A stretch of DNA of 64,000 bases from Lophium mytilinum. Taxonomy: Eukaryota. Shown here one piece after another: positions 50,646-63,442 of this stretch. The notes below the pieces were generated by a model. The model worked only from the letters and a program-made list of their open reading frames with translations, was not told the origin of the DNA and searched no databases. Each line of letters starts with the position of its first letter. The stretch's first letter is position 1. The position numbers and the translations under genes are program-made. The stretch is from NCBI GenBank assembly GCA_010093605.1, contig MU004191.1, positions 542,816-606,815 of the forward strand, given 5' to 3'.

Positions 50646-52243
50646 ATGTCCTATCGTCAAGCCGCCGGCCGTGGCACCTGGAGGGACTCCATGCCACACA
50701 ATACCTCAGCCTCGCCCTCTGTCCGAAGAACGACAACCCACTGGAAGGGACAATCTGGGACCAACCGAGTCTCCACTTCGTCTTGGGGGCCCCGGTCTGG
50801 TCCGATGCCTGATATCGCAGCTCGTCCACTCGGGCCTCTACTGATGACCTTCACAAAGGCAGATCTTGAACCGAAAGAGTTCGCCCCACTGCCTCCGACG
50901 ATCAGAGATGCCGACTATGTAGCCTCATACAGCTGGCTGAATAAGGAGACCCCAACAGTTGTGGTGCCTGGTGAGTACTTTGCCGCAAGCATTGCGCCTC
51001 CTACCCGGCAACGCCGCAAACCTAGCTAACCTCCAACCCAGGAGCACCACCAGCGTGGACTCCGTTAGACCACCCTAAGGAACTCGACGAAGACAAAGGC
51101 GTATATTACAGAGATCCAAATGCTGCGAGGTTTCCGTCTTATCCGACGGAACCAGCCATCCAGGCGGTATTCAAAGAGCATCCAGAGTTTCAGACTACGG
51201 ATGTCGACATATTCGCCTGCGGCAGTACTCTCGGAAATCTATTAAGATTTGCGTCTGGGGTGGACAAACCCTTCCGGTTCAGCGTCGAGGTGATTGGTCG
51301 TACCATCTTCTTCATTCGCAAGGAGAATTCGCCAACTGAGCTCATCCCGGATGTAAGAGGATATGGCCACACCTTTCCCGAACGCTACACGACCTGGGAC
51401 TCGGATGTCAAAGGGTCAGAGTCCCACCAGCGACTCATCAAGTACAATTTTGGCGGGTTCAGCTGCGTGGTGCGCTTTGAGTGCGATGGGTACTTACCTG
51501 AGCATCCTGACGTTACAAGTCGGAAAGCTGCAGCGCCTGGAACACTAGATCCCGTGTCTCTTGTTGACTCCTTCGCCACTGCCTCCATTAGCTCGAAGCC
51601 GTCAGAGTCTACAGCAGAGCTCAAAGTCGAGACTGCAGGCTTCCACATCCCTCAATCTGCGATATTTGACTTGAAAACTCGATCCAACAGGCGCAAAGCG
51701 GAAATCGACATGGCCGAGGTCTACCCTCGTCTTTGGGTTACACAAACCCCAAATTTCATCATCGGCTACCACCATGGGGACGGGATTTTCCGCGACATTC
51801 GCAAGAATGATATCCGGGGCGGTCTTACAGGCTGGGAGAAGAATAACGCGGACGCACTCACCCGCCTTGCATCCATCATGCACAAGCTCGTCGATTTCGC
51901 CAGGACTTCAGATCATGGGAAGTTCGAAGTCTACCGAGAGGTTGCTGACCGGCTTGAGATCCGAGAACAGCTGGATGAAAAGAGCGATGCCCTTCCCCCA
52001 AGTCTAAAGGCCAAGTGGGTGCAGGGATCGAAGATCTTGGATCGGAAGCCTGTCGGTGTATCTGACCAGCACAAGGATGCGGAGGCACCTGCTGTAGGCC
52101 AGTCAACGGATAAGAAGCCTGCAAATGCTCAGCCCGTGCCTGAGAAGATGACCGAAGCCACTTGGAAAGACGCTGACGAGCATGATGTCGACTATACAGC
52201 ATGCTCCGAAGATTGTGACTACTGTGGTCATTGTACGTATTGA
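50646..52243 (+). CDS. Predicted Rai1/DXO-like PD-(D/E)XK nuclease-fold protein with a C-terminal Cys4 motif, ~508 aa, 2 exons
   Basis: Exons 50646-50970 and 51042-52243 (1527 nt). Motifs in DXO order: DIFACGSTLGNLL, GYGHTFPE, VRFECDGY, FDLKTR, PRLWVTQTPNFIIGYH. Ends CSEDCDYCGHCTY. The gene is certain; the fold assignment is inferred. Confidence 0.8.
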
Positions 52244-54579
52244 TTGGCAAGGGGGCGAACTTGATCTGACTGAGGACGTTGATTCACCCCTGATGCCGTA
52301 GCCTGTTTTGCAACTTATAACAAATCAAATTTGAATTTACCCCCGCATCGCACGGATTGGCTCCCGCTTCTAAGCCTCTTTGGTGGCAACTTGACCCTAT
52401 TTCCATAGCCTATTATAGGTCATTGCGTTATTTCACCTACTCTTGTAGCTTGATTTTCACCCTTTTCTGATGGTATGACTACCCTGGAGTCTCTTTTCGT
52501 ATCTATCTTTCGTTCTTGAATCAACAGGATGCCGGTTATTCCTTTGCTTCATCGCTTTCGATGACCGAGAGGGAGTCGTGTTCTACTTGGGAAACTGCGG
52601 AACCATCCACAAGTCACAACTCTACGACCTTTCCCTGTGTTCATCTAGGCTTCGAGAAGATATATCACTGCTCCTATGTACCAAGTGTGGTTAAGCATAT
52701 CTAAAATGCGATTCCATAACCCATCTTTCTCCTCCGCTCCTCCCGTCATGACTCCTCCGCTCTTTGTGCAGTTCTTTCTGTGACCACTTCCTAGACATAG
52801 AATTTGCCTTCGCCGAAAGCCCACACCCAATCTTGCCCCTACCCTCCTCTGATACCTTCAAGATACTCTCAAGAGTTCTCTCCATACCCGCCAGAGACCA
52901 ACCCTACTCCAATCCAAAGCTATCTGTTCATATTTATAGGCTTTCCTTCCGTACATATACCTTTTCGATGTCTCCATTTGCCCCCAGTTACGTTAAACCT
53001 TCTGACCCTTGATATATTACCACCACAACCTGGTCCAAATCTCGACGAGGAATTCGATGGTATTATTCGCTACACATAATAATACAGATCCATCCTGTCG
53101 ACTTACATTCGGTAAGTCCTATTGCTTTCTTCTTTTCTACAACCGGAAAAGTAGATAGTTGCGGCGTGAACGTAGCCGAGGCAATAAACGACCTTCCTTA
53201 ACTTCATGTACTTATCCCTCGTGCTTGACGTGTCTATCGTCTTATGTAACTTTGATCTTATAATCTATGGCGATTCGCGCTTAGTACATTCTAACGCTGG
53301 GTCGCTTCGATGGCGTCGATTGCGATGTTTAGAGCACTTCCGCGTCTTCTCGAGCTTAGTAGCTGTCCTTCTTAGGAAAGACGAACTCAGAAATCGGGGT
53401 GGACTCTGATCAAGGCAACGTTGCTGCCATCCTATTGTTCGAGCTCAAAGTAAGGGGCTGTTTATGATGCGACGTTGATAGAACAGGCGACGGGCGAATA
53501 GCGTATATTTGCGCGGAGCTGAAACACAAATGCATGGGCTCCGGTACGATAACGCTAAGAGCGCACTTTGTGTACGAATCTGGACAATGGAATGAATGGA
53601 ATACAAGGGGGCGCAGCTGCAACAATATGTATGTAAGACGGCCTGTTGTTAGGCCCCACAGAACTTGAACATCAACTCACATCATCATCATAGAATTGGA
53701 ATGTACGCGGAGTACCAGTAACAACATTGGCGTATTGTGATCATTTGTCATTTTATGTACATTGTGACATACTTGCCAAGAGCATAGCCATGGTGTAGTA
53801 GCTTGCCACCCATAATCTGGCGATTGACAGGTGTTACTCTACAGACTGTTGTTGGAACAAGCGCAAGAAAAGCGGTGCGGTATCGTCATCGAGCTAGTCA
53901 TGTGATGAGTAACGGAGATTTCGCCATTGGGTTCCCGAGCTTGGCCACCGTAGGAATAGACGGTAGACATGTGGAGATGAGGTAGCTCGTGGTGGTCTTG
54001 TGGCGGAGCGCCGTCGCTTCAAAGACATCCACAAAGCCTCCTTTTCGTTCTTTCGCTGAACAAAGAATCAGGCAACCTTGGAAGAGAGAAAGAGAGTCGA
54101 ATGTTTTGGCGACGAGGCAGACACTTGAAGGTGTTTTGGGTAACGTGTGAGCTCGGTTGCCCGGCAGCCACAGCCCAGGTGTGGCTCAGCACGAGATGCC
54201 CCAGCTTTTGCGACCTTCTCGGCCCGGCTTAGCTCCCCTTGGCTGAGTTTGTGGTGCGCCTTTATTGGAGAGAGTCACGGCTGGCAGGGCTGGACAGCAG
54301 GCTGAATGATGATTGCCAAGGAGCTGGGAGGCATTGCCCCATTGCTCCTATGATGACCCTTCCATATATTCACCGCACTGTCCCCACCGAGAGCATCATT
54401 ACTGCCAGATTTCGTTCCTGGTGTGACCTTGATATCGCAGCTTCTAAGACTGTTTCCATACTTCCAAACACTGCTTCAAACACACCCTTGCCCACAAGAC
54501 AATCGCACCAGAGACACGTCTCTTATAGCATATCACTACTCCTCGCCCCCGTTTCCACACCCGAACAGCCATCTTCACC

Positions 54580-55543
54580 ATGAAGTTTTCACAGCTTGTC
54601 GCATACGCTTTCATCGGCATAGCTACCGTCAACGGCGTCTCGATACCCGATGCGAACGCGCTCGCACGTCGCGATCCCGAGACATCCGAGAACACGCTCG
54701 CACACGCGATTCTATCACCACATAACGCGCTAGAGAAGCGCAAGGGAGGAGGCGGCAAAGGTGGCGGAGGAGGAGGTGGAAAGAGCGGAGGCGGCGGCGG
54801 CGGTAAGCCGAACAGTTTTACTACGACTTCTTCAGAGAGCTACGTTGGGAGCCTTTCCGAATCCCTTCCGGGAGGCCCTCATGAGAGTTGTTCTTCTGGC
54901 CATATAGTTTTCGCGACCCTCAGCTAACACGCATTTCATAGGTGGTGGAAGCAAATCGCCTGGCGCATCGAAGAGCTCAAATGTGGGCGGAAAGACTGTC
55001 TCCGGCACAGGACCCCCACGACGTTATGGCGGAGGGGGATACTACGGAGGAGGGGCTGCGACTCCATACAGCGCCGGAGCTAGATCCCCGCTTGGTCTTG
55101 CGCCCTTCCTTCTTCTCCCGGCTGCGGCGCTGCTCCTGTTCCCAGGAATCTGGCTCTACGGCGTGTATTCCTACCCTTACACCCACCCGTACACGTTCTT
55201 GAACGAGACATACCATAATGCGACCTTCCCGAACGGCATGAACATGACTCTCCCCGTCAAGTGTCTATGCCAGGAGTTCAGCGTCTGTGGCTGCGACGAC
55301 AATACGGACGCATCATACATGAAGGATATTATCGGAAACGGAAGTCTCGCGGCTCTGAATCAATCGCTCGTCAGGGTCACGAACGACAACGGCAATATGA
55401 CCATCGTTCTTAATGGCACCTTGCCAAATGGCACCACGGCGCCTGGTGGGACCGACTCCGCAGGCCCAAGATCTGCTGTGCTGGAGTTTGGTGGCTACTG
55501 GGTTGTGGGCGCCATCGTCCTCTACACTGTCTCCTTCCTATAG
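54580..55543 (+). CDS. Secreted or surface Gly-rich conserved fungal protein with a possible GPI/TM tail, ~274 aa, 2 exons
   Basis: Exons 54580-54802 and 54942-55543 (825 nt). Signal peptide, LEKRKGGGG, YGGGGYYGGGAATPYSAG, CLCQEFSVCGCDD, NGTLPNGTTAPGG, hydrophobic C-terminus. Confidence 0.88.
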
Positions 55544-58500
55544 TCGTCGAATTGATCCGGCGTTTTTGCAGAAACCATCTGCATTTTTATTCCGTCATAG
55601 AATTTTTTTTTCCCATGGTTGGCAACGACCTCGTCCACATTGGAGTTTAGGGCTAGGGTGGGCTTTTGTCTAGGTGTTCGGATACCCAATGCCCAGGTGG
55701 AGGCTTTTTTTTCTATTTCCAGTCAGTAGTTGATCGTCTATCGTGGACGTTCTTCTTCAAATACATACCTTTCTCAGTACAATCATACGTTCTCTCACCT
55801 TTTCAGTCAACCCAGTGTGTACTGTCTCGCCACGCGAACGGCCCTCGAATTTGGAGAGCTTATCGAGCTTCTCGCAAGTAAGAAAAAACTGCCAATTGGG
55901 TCGCAAAGGGTATGTTTGAACAGACTATGCGGCGCCGGCATTGCACAGCGTCATAAGCTCGACCCGAAGAGCGTCATAAACCAATCACCTGGATTGCGAT
56001 CTTCTCCGTTTGGTATTGATGACAGATCAATAAGCGACCCCATGTCTTATCTAGCTCAATCTGGCTCGAAAATCCACTGAAGCCTCACCGTCTACAGGCT
56101 CTTACATGGGCTCCATGCTGTCAGCTTCGCTTCGTTTGTTTTTTGGCTTTTGGTGTGGGTGGTGTGCAGCATCAACACCAGCCTATCTATAGGCGCGATC
56201 TCTTCTAGGCTTATGAAGAGCTCAAAAAAGACTGCTGCGATTACTATACTGATGCGATTTTATAGATCTGCACGTCCGGAACATCGGTTGTTCTCATGTG
56301 CTTGAGGCATTGCCGGATCTGAATCCTCGAATCGCCTCACCGCAATGCTCGGAGTTGCTGACAACTTATCTAGACGACTAACCGTGCAGAACACTATTGC
56401 ATCGCACTACGGTCGGACATTTCTACTGCAGTTAACGCCGATTTCCAATTCGGAACCCTGCAAGCTGCGATTTTGCGGGCATCTGACCGCAGTCCACATA
56501 ATAGACACTAGGCACCAGCTCACCATAATCACCTACGTTGCACTGTTTTATTCGGGATCCGGGGCAGCCGCAGGTAATCGGTGAGGTGAGAGGCGCGGCA
56601 TCTTCCACTCCTATACGTCTTCTGCTATACTGTTAGTCTTCAGGTGATTTGATGGGTAGGTGAGATCAATGACGTCTTGGCTGCAAGCGCGAAGCATCCT
56701 CTCCAATCGTCATACTGTGCGGCATCTAAATGGTGGAAAGAGAGCATGCTCAATATTGCGGTATCTCTGCCGACTGCACACCTGACCGCAGCTCTCCGTG
56801 AGAGCATTTTCCCGATCTAAGCCCTGGAGATTTCAGTTCTAGATGCCGAATTGCGCCTCAGTTGGGGGCCATATCGCTCACCTGCATGCCGCTGGAATCA
56901 GCGTCTTCCGCAGACCGAGTTTCATTGTGAAAGCATCGTGCGGCAGCTATCGGTCCTGCAAACACAGTTTTTACTACGCATCCTTCTCCTTGGAGTGGGG
57001 ACATGGCATTAGAGCCACCGTCCCAGGAGAAGGTGAGACATGCGGACCGTCCCCACGTGGACTAGGAACGGGTGCGCGCATAGGGCTGCATGATACAGTG
57101 TGTCGGGGTCAGATTCCAGGCCTGCAGCAGCGCAAGGCTTTCTTTGGGCCGGCTATGTTCCGTTCTGTACCACCATCAGTATTTGCCACACGAATGTGGA
57201 GACAAGCAGCCCAGACGAAGCAGCGGTCACTGGTGAGAGTCGAGGCCTATTCCCCTGGAGTAATGCCCAGATGACGACCATTCCAGCCCTATGGGATCCA
57301 TGTCAGGATCGCTGTGGCTGTTCAGATCATGCAATAGTGATACCACGGCCGCGGATTCTCACCGTCGAAGCGCGCACATGGAGCGATCGACACTATATCA
57401 TAATCCAAAACGGGCGAGACCACTAACTACTCTTTCCGGGTAATGACAGCGACTCTATTCAGAGGTCGACTCGGCACGAGTTGGCGCGGCATTTGTGCGG
57501 CACGCCGGCCAGCTCTGTGACTGGATTCACAGTTTCGTGCTATATTTAGGTGGACTGCTCGAATTAGAGTTTTAGGCGAAGCGGCAGTCCAGACGCCTTG
57601 CTCTCTCTGGTCTAGCGACAGTGAACTGTTCACGTGACCGTCACCATCGGGGGCCGTTGCCTCAACATCAGACCCATTGCATTCGGCTGAAGCTGCACAA
57701 CACCTCTGTTTCATTGTTAGAGACACAACAGCAGGACCCTGCATCCTATCTTGGCGTCTGAAACCCAACAATCGAGGGCAAAATCCCGGTTCAACCCGGC
57801 CAAGCGTGTCAGCGAGCACTGCGCCCCTCGGCAATCTTTTCAACGGCCGGCGTGCCCCCCGGCTTCTTTTTCTATTCCAGAAGCAATGTCAGATTCAAAC
57901 ATCTGCCTCTCGCAATGGCGCGCCCTCTGTGGTTACAACGGGCAGAGACGTCTTGCGTGGCCGCTGACCGTGCCTTTGTCGTTCCCCGACCGAATCTCCC
58001 CCCTCGACCACTCACCGGCGCTGCTGGCCTGGTCCAGCATCGCGGCCGGTTCCTTTGGGAGCTGCGGAAGCGGGCCAGGACGACGCTACATCTCGATGGG
58101 GCCAGCCGCTAAGCTACATGGTGCATGGTGAGCTGAAAGAGCCTCCAAAAAATGAACCACGCCTGCGCAGCCCGAGGGGGACCACACCTGCGCAATCCCC
58201 CACCTGCCACCATGCCCCAAGGGAACTAAGAAACGATGGCTGTGCTGGGATATCTTAGCAGCATCTGCGCTTACTGTGCACCAACTGTTCCTACATATGG
58301 GACCGTTCTCGTTGCCTGACGACCTGCATGATGCAGCCACGGCGTGCTGTCCTTTTCTCGATTCTTAAAGACCTCGTCTCTCGACCCCAAGTATTTATTC
58401 TATCCGCTTGCTTCCATACCTTTTTCCTTCCTCGTTCTCAAGCATCGCCCTTTGTCTTCATTGCCGTCTAATCTTTGTGTTTCTTCACGCGCTCCCGTAC

Positions 58501-58580
58501 TCGATATCTACGTTCCGCTCCACTCCAGCAATACCTCCGAGAATTCTTCCTGCTTCTCTCCACAACCCAGCAATCTCAGA

Positions 58581-58829
58581 ATGTGTTACCAAGTGGTTGA
58601 ACGATACTCGGTCTGCCGGTGCCTATACTACAAGCATGCCATCGATCCATGTTCTGCGTACGGCCAACGGGGTCACTCCATCCAAGAGAAGACTGTCCTC
58701 GTTGGCTATGCTTGCTCCCAGCATAGCACAGCTGCAGCGAGTACTGGATCCAGTACGCAAGGTGCCGGCGTGCTCCCGGACTCTGGATACGGCAGCGGCG
58801 CATACGATCCTGCAGCATACCGGCGATGA
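58581..58829 (+). CDS. Small Cys/His-rich protein (82 aa), MCYQVVERYSVCRCLYYKHAIDPC...VLVGYACSQHS
   Basis: ATG follows a pyrimidine-rich leader. The patterned C/H spacing resembles a small conserved ascomycete protein family I recall; function unknown. Confidence 0.75.
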   Translation: MCYQVVERYSVCRCLYYKHAIDPCSAYGQRGHSIQEKTVLVGYACSQHSTAAASTGSSTQGAGVLPDSGYGSGAYDPAAYRR

Positions 58830-61800
58830 ATTACACCTATTCACTCGACACGCACGCTGCGATAGCGCCGCGAATTCGATATATCAATGGGCTGGAAGCC
58901 TGCACCCACATCCAACCACACATGGTGCTGAGGGCGAGGTCGATCCCACTCAACACACCACTCTTCTCCCCTTCTCCGAGCTGCGCTCTTCACCGATGCT
59001 GCGCATCACACTTCCCGACTACTGCGTTTCCTAATTTCCTTTGCGTTTCATGGGCATAGCATTGCGTGGGAGTTTCTGAAATGGGCATGATAGGGCAAAC
59101 AAGCTGGGGCATTATTCTTGGGCACGATCGGCGGATGAAATGATATGCGTGTTTTCTTGACGGTACTATCGTTTCCTGCATTCGAACGCTGTATGATTAT
59201 GGGAAAGCGACGACAACAGCATAGCAAACCGGGGTCAGGGTCATGGGATTTATTTCAGGGTGCATAGGATCGGCGCCTCTTCGTTTTTCTTGTTTCCCAT
59301 AGAGCTTTTTTAGTGGTAGCAATCTTGAAACTCTTTTCGTACGTACCTGGGCGTTCTGCTCTGAGCTTAGCGTGTTACCCTTTCTAGCTGATATACAGGC
59401 TGGATTTTTAATATCAGCATCACAAGACTGCTTCCGCACGCTTCCGTTCGCATACCAACAAGTGACTGCGTGGCTTTCACGACTCTATTGCTGCCTCCCC
59501 ATCGCAAGCACCCCCGTTTAGGCTCCTGAGTCACGTCTGCCCTAGCCGCATGGATGTCTTGCATGATCGTCATGTGTCGCAGACCCTGGACGTGGGGAGC
59601 GTTCGGATCGATACGTCACGCCCCATCCATCTTACCGAACCCTTTCGGTGCGGCCGCATCGACGGCCCACGCTGCCATCACCGCTCTTTGCGGCCCGTCC
59701 CTCACCAACCCACGCCCGCTACATACACACTCCGTCGGTGAGTATCACGATGTTCTGACACCGCGAACTCCACTCTTGAATACCACCTCAAACGGCAACC
59801 AGAATATGCACCACGCAGCACACCGCGATGGGCTGGCCTGACCGGGCCTCGCCGGCATGCAGAGCTCGTCCGTCCGCGGATTCCTGGCATGCGAAGAATC
59901 CGAGCCAAGCCACGAGAGCGACGCAGTTTCGGGGCGAGCCATTCCGGACAACCAGAATGGAGCAAGTAAGGCGCACACGGTCTCGATACCTCAGCCACGC
60001 TGGAGCGTTAGAGAGGCTAACAGTGAGGCGGAAGCGTCTTCCGATGATGCGCGCTGCACGAAGACAAGGTTTGCAAGAGCCTCTTGATGGCTTGCTTGGG
60101 CACGTTTTCGCCAATCGCTCGTATTCTTTGTTCTTTTTTGCTTCCTTTCTTCCATGTGGAGCTGGAGCTTGGCTCGCTTTTCAGCAAGCTTGGGTTCCAA
60201 GACGCCAAAGTAGAGCATGCTGCGGTCTATTTTTAGAGTATGTTCTCTTCTTGCGAGGAACTTCGTAAAGGTTTACGATGGCTGGCCTGATTTTTTCTTA
60301 TTGGATACGGAAAGAGGAGTTTTGTGCGATTTCATTGGAAGACGGGGATATGACGCTTGCGTAACACTCTGCTGTCTCCTTACTCGAACTTCACGGAATT
60401 TCAAGATTTCAAGACGCAAGAAGCGTCGCTTTATTTCTATTTGCGGACGAAGACTCCATCTTCTCATGTCTCTCCTGCTTCCCTGGTACCGCCTCTCCGG
60501 GCGCTATCAAGGAGTTCGCGCCAACGTCGCTTGATCGCGCCAGGAACCACATCCGCTTCTTTACAACATCCTCCGAGGATCCAAAGATACATCACCAGAA
60601 ACTACCTCCAGCCACCCCTCCAAAACCAATGGCATGTTAGGCTGTGCTTTGCTATTACGGGAACTTTGGGTCCCAATTCGATGTTGCATCTGGGGTCGAG
60701 CGGCGAGGCAGACATGTTATCGATAATAGACATGCACTCGCGATACCCCTGTTATGAAAGCAGCCCAAAGGGCGCACGATATTGACATGTGTACTCCGGA
60801 TCCTTCGCTGTCCAGTCTCCGGCCTTCAGCCTCCTTTGGCTGGGGGCCGCAGGCTGCTAGATGGAAGGCGGGGGCGGGAACGGAGTCTGCTCCGTCGTGG
60901 GGGCTTACCTGCGACGGGTTTCTACCTTCGAGGAGTCTACATTGTTTGATTCACAAACCTGTCCGGCCATGTCAAAACATTTGAAATGCAAAACCGCATA
61001 CGGCCATGCTGACGACTCCGGCTCTATGCGACTATCTGATTTGGTTACTAGGATCAGACCCCAGCATTCCTGTCTCACTCGATTTCGCGGCCGCAGATCG
61101 CCAACCCAAACTGTTTGCAACGTCTCTAATTCTAGCAGCAGCTCTTTCCGTACCTCCCGAACCGACCCACCTGACCCCGGAGATCCGCAGCATGTCTAAC
61201 TTGACTCCAAACCGCTATATTTACGAATCCGCTTCGCCCACTACTTCACTGCAACGTCGCTGCCTACGAGTAATGTGAGACTATCAATGGACGTCGAAAT
61301 AGCGAGACATAGCCGCCCGACCCTGATGATCATGTCTCGGCTTACCCAGGACCTGCCATGTCAGACAGGCCCAATATCTCTCCGGTGAGCACGCGACGCT
61401 GAGCTGGGAGCGGGTTTCTCGGCTGTGGTAGATCCGTGGGCGGGGGCCCGGGGGGCTGGGTTGTGGGAATGGGTGAGATGGGGCGTGGGGTGCGGATGAC
61501 TTCCCTTTCTTTTCTCACGATACCAATCATTGCTCTACCCGATTCTCTACAGCTCAATGACTGCTGCCTGTATTTTCATTAGCTTGGTTTCGCTGCTATC
61601 GCTTCTCTAAGACGTCTTGATTCATCGCGTCTGCGGAACGGTCTTTGCGCATCGACTTCAGCCAATCGGTCCCAATTTCGATGACGAGCCCACTACCCCT
61701 ACCCAGCTGAGTCCTGTCACATTGCCCTCCCAGATCACGACAGCAGGCTGTTCCGTCAAACATGATCTCATGAGCATTTCATTAGCATCAGCAGCTTCGA

Positions 61801-63442
61801 ACTCCCGTCTACGACATATACTCGACGGACCAGAAGCTCAATCCTAAAACTAGTCACAGCATAGAGAAAATACGTCCGCCGTCCTCCATATCTGAGCATT
61901 CGCCTGGACACCCGAATGGATTCGTAGCACTTAATCATTTCAAATCACGTCGTTGTCACATGAAAGCACTCCTCATCCACCCGCAGTCGAGTATAAAAGC
62001 ATCAACTTCTCGAAATATAGTCCGCAGGTCGTTCCGGAATCCCATGGTGACATTTCAATAGTGCTCGACGCGGTGTCAATGGCATCGTCGTGCTCTCGGG
62101 TTTCGTTCAACAGTTTCAGCGTTGAGCAGGCACCAGTGCAGTTGGACTGCACCTTTCGTCATCTCTTAATGATGATGAGCTTCCCTATCTTCTGCAAATT
62201 TCTATCGGTTGCTATGGCTTGAAAGCTTGCTACACTTCATCACCCCTTGCTCACTATGCCCGTCACCACCATCTTCTCCCCTCAATCTTCAGCAGCTCGC
62301 ATCCATGGTAGAGCGCACCACCAAACGCAACGGTGGCCGAGCCCGCAGCTTCCTCCGCCAGACCACTCGCTCCATGTGTCGTTTTCCATGTTTTCTCTTG
62401 ATCCACCACCACGCCCGACCACAAACTCCATTGTATGATCGTGAAGCATTTTCGATCCAAGCGAATCCAACCAGACCAGTCTATGCCGGTTTCCAACGGC
62501 AGTTTTCGAACTGGTGCACCGACCCTCCACCTTGTCCTTGAGATTCAGGAGCTGGGTGGAGCTTATATACTCACCGTGGAGGAAATATTCGGTGGATTAG
62601 GTAAGCGGCACGTGGGGATCACGTGAAGGGCACGAGAGAGAATTGAGAGCAAGGAGAGCGAGGAGTAGTATGCGCGGGTATGATAGTAGCGAGAGGTCAT
62701 TGCCTACGCTGTTTACATACAGAGTAACTACCTCTCGTATACCAGCTCTACATCATCTATCTTTATTCACATTTCACGATGCAAAGTCACACCTCACATC
62801 AATTCACTTCATTTCACGTCAATCACTTCTCGCACCTCAAGAAACTAAAGTCGGCGCACAAGAATACTCCATTCGCACGACGTCGCCTCACGACTGCCGC
62901 GCTGTGCATCTATCGAAGTAATTCCGCGCGCAATTGCCACATCCTCCTCCACCCGAGCATCCTTCCCCCCAGCCAACCATTCTTTCAAACAGCTAGCCAG
63001 ACATCCAGACGCCCATCTCCCCCTTCCCCTCCTCGCCTCTACTTCTCCAGCCCCGGGACCGCCCCGCCAATGTACGGCGAGGGCAGCAGGGCATTGCCAT
63101 ACCTCATCTCCTCGATCCGAAAATGAGTGTGGCATTTCAGCAGTCCCCCTCCACCCAACACACCTGCGCCTCCCCAACCAGTGGATCAGCGCCCAGTACA
63201 TCGAGCAGAGAGAAAGCCGCTTTTCATTAACATCCTTCCCTCCATGGCAATCAGAAAAAATCGAACAATCAAAAGGAATCCAAACGACAGGATTCCGGAG
63301 TTGTGTAAAACGTCCGCACTAAATAAAAAAGCGTAATGTAACGGCCGTGAATAGTATAAACAAGAAGTGGTTGGTGGTGTTCGAAAAGGAGCGTCTCCCG
63401 TGACTCGGGATCATGTTGGTGTGGACTGTTGTGATGCATCAC

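Noticed and set aside
52400..53400. Short ORFs and a lone splice donor downstream of the DXO-like gene
   Set aside because: No coherent reading frame or recognisable motif could be assembled.
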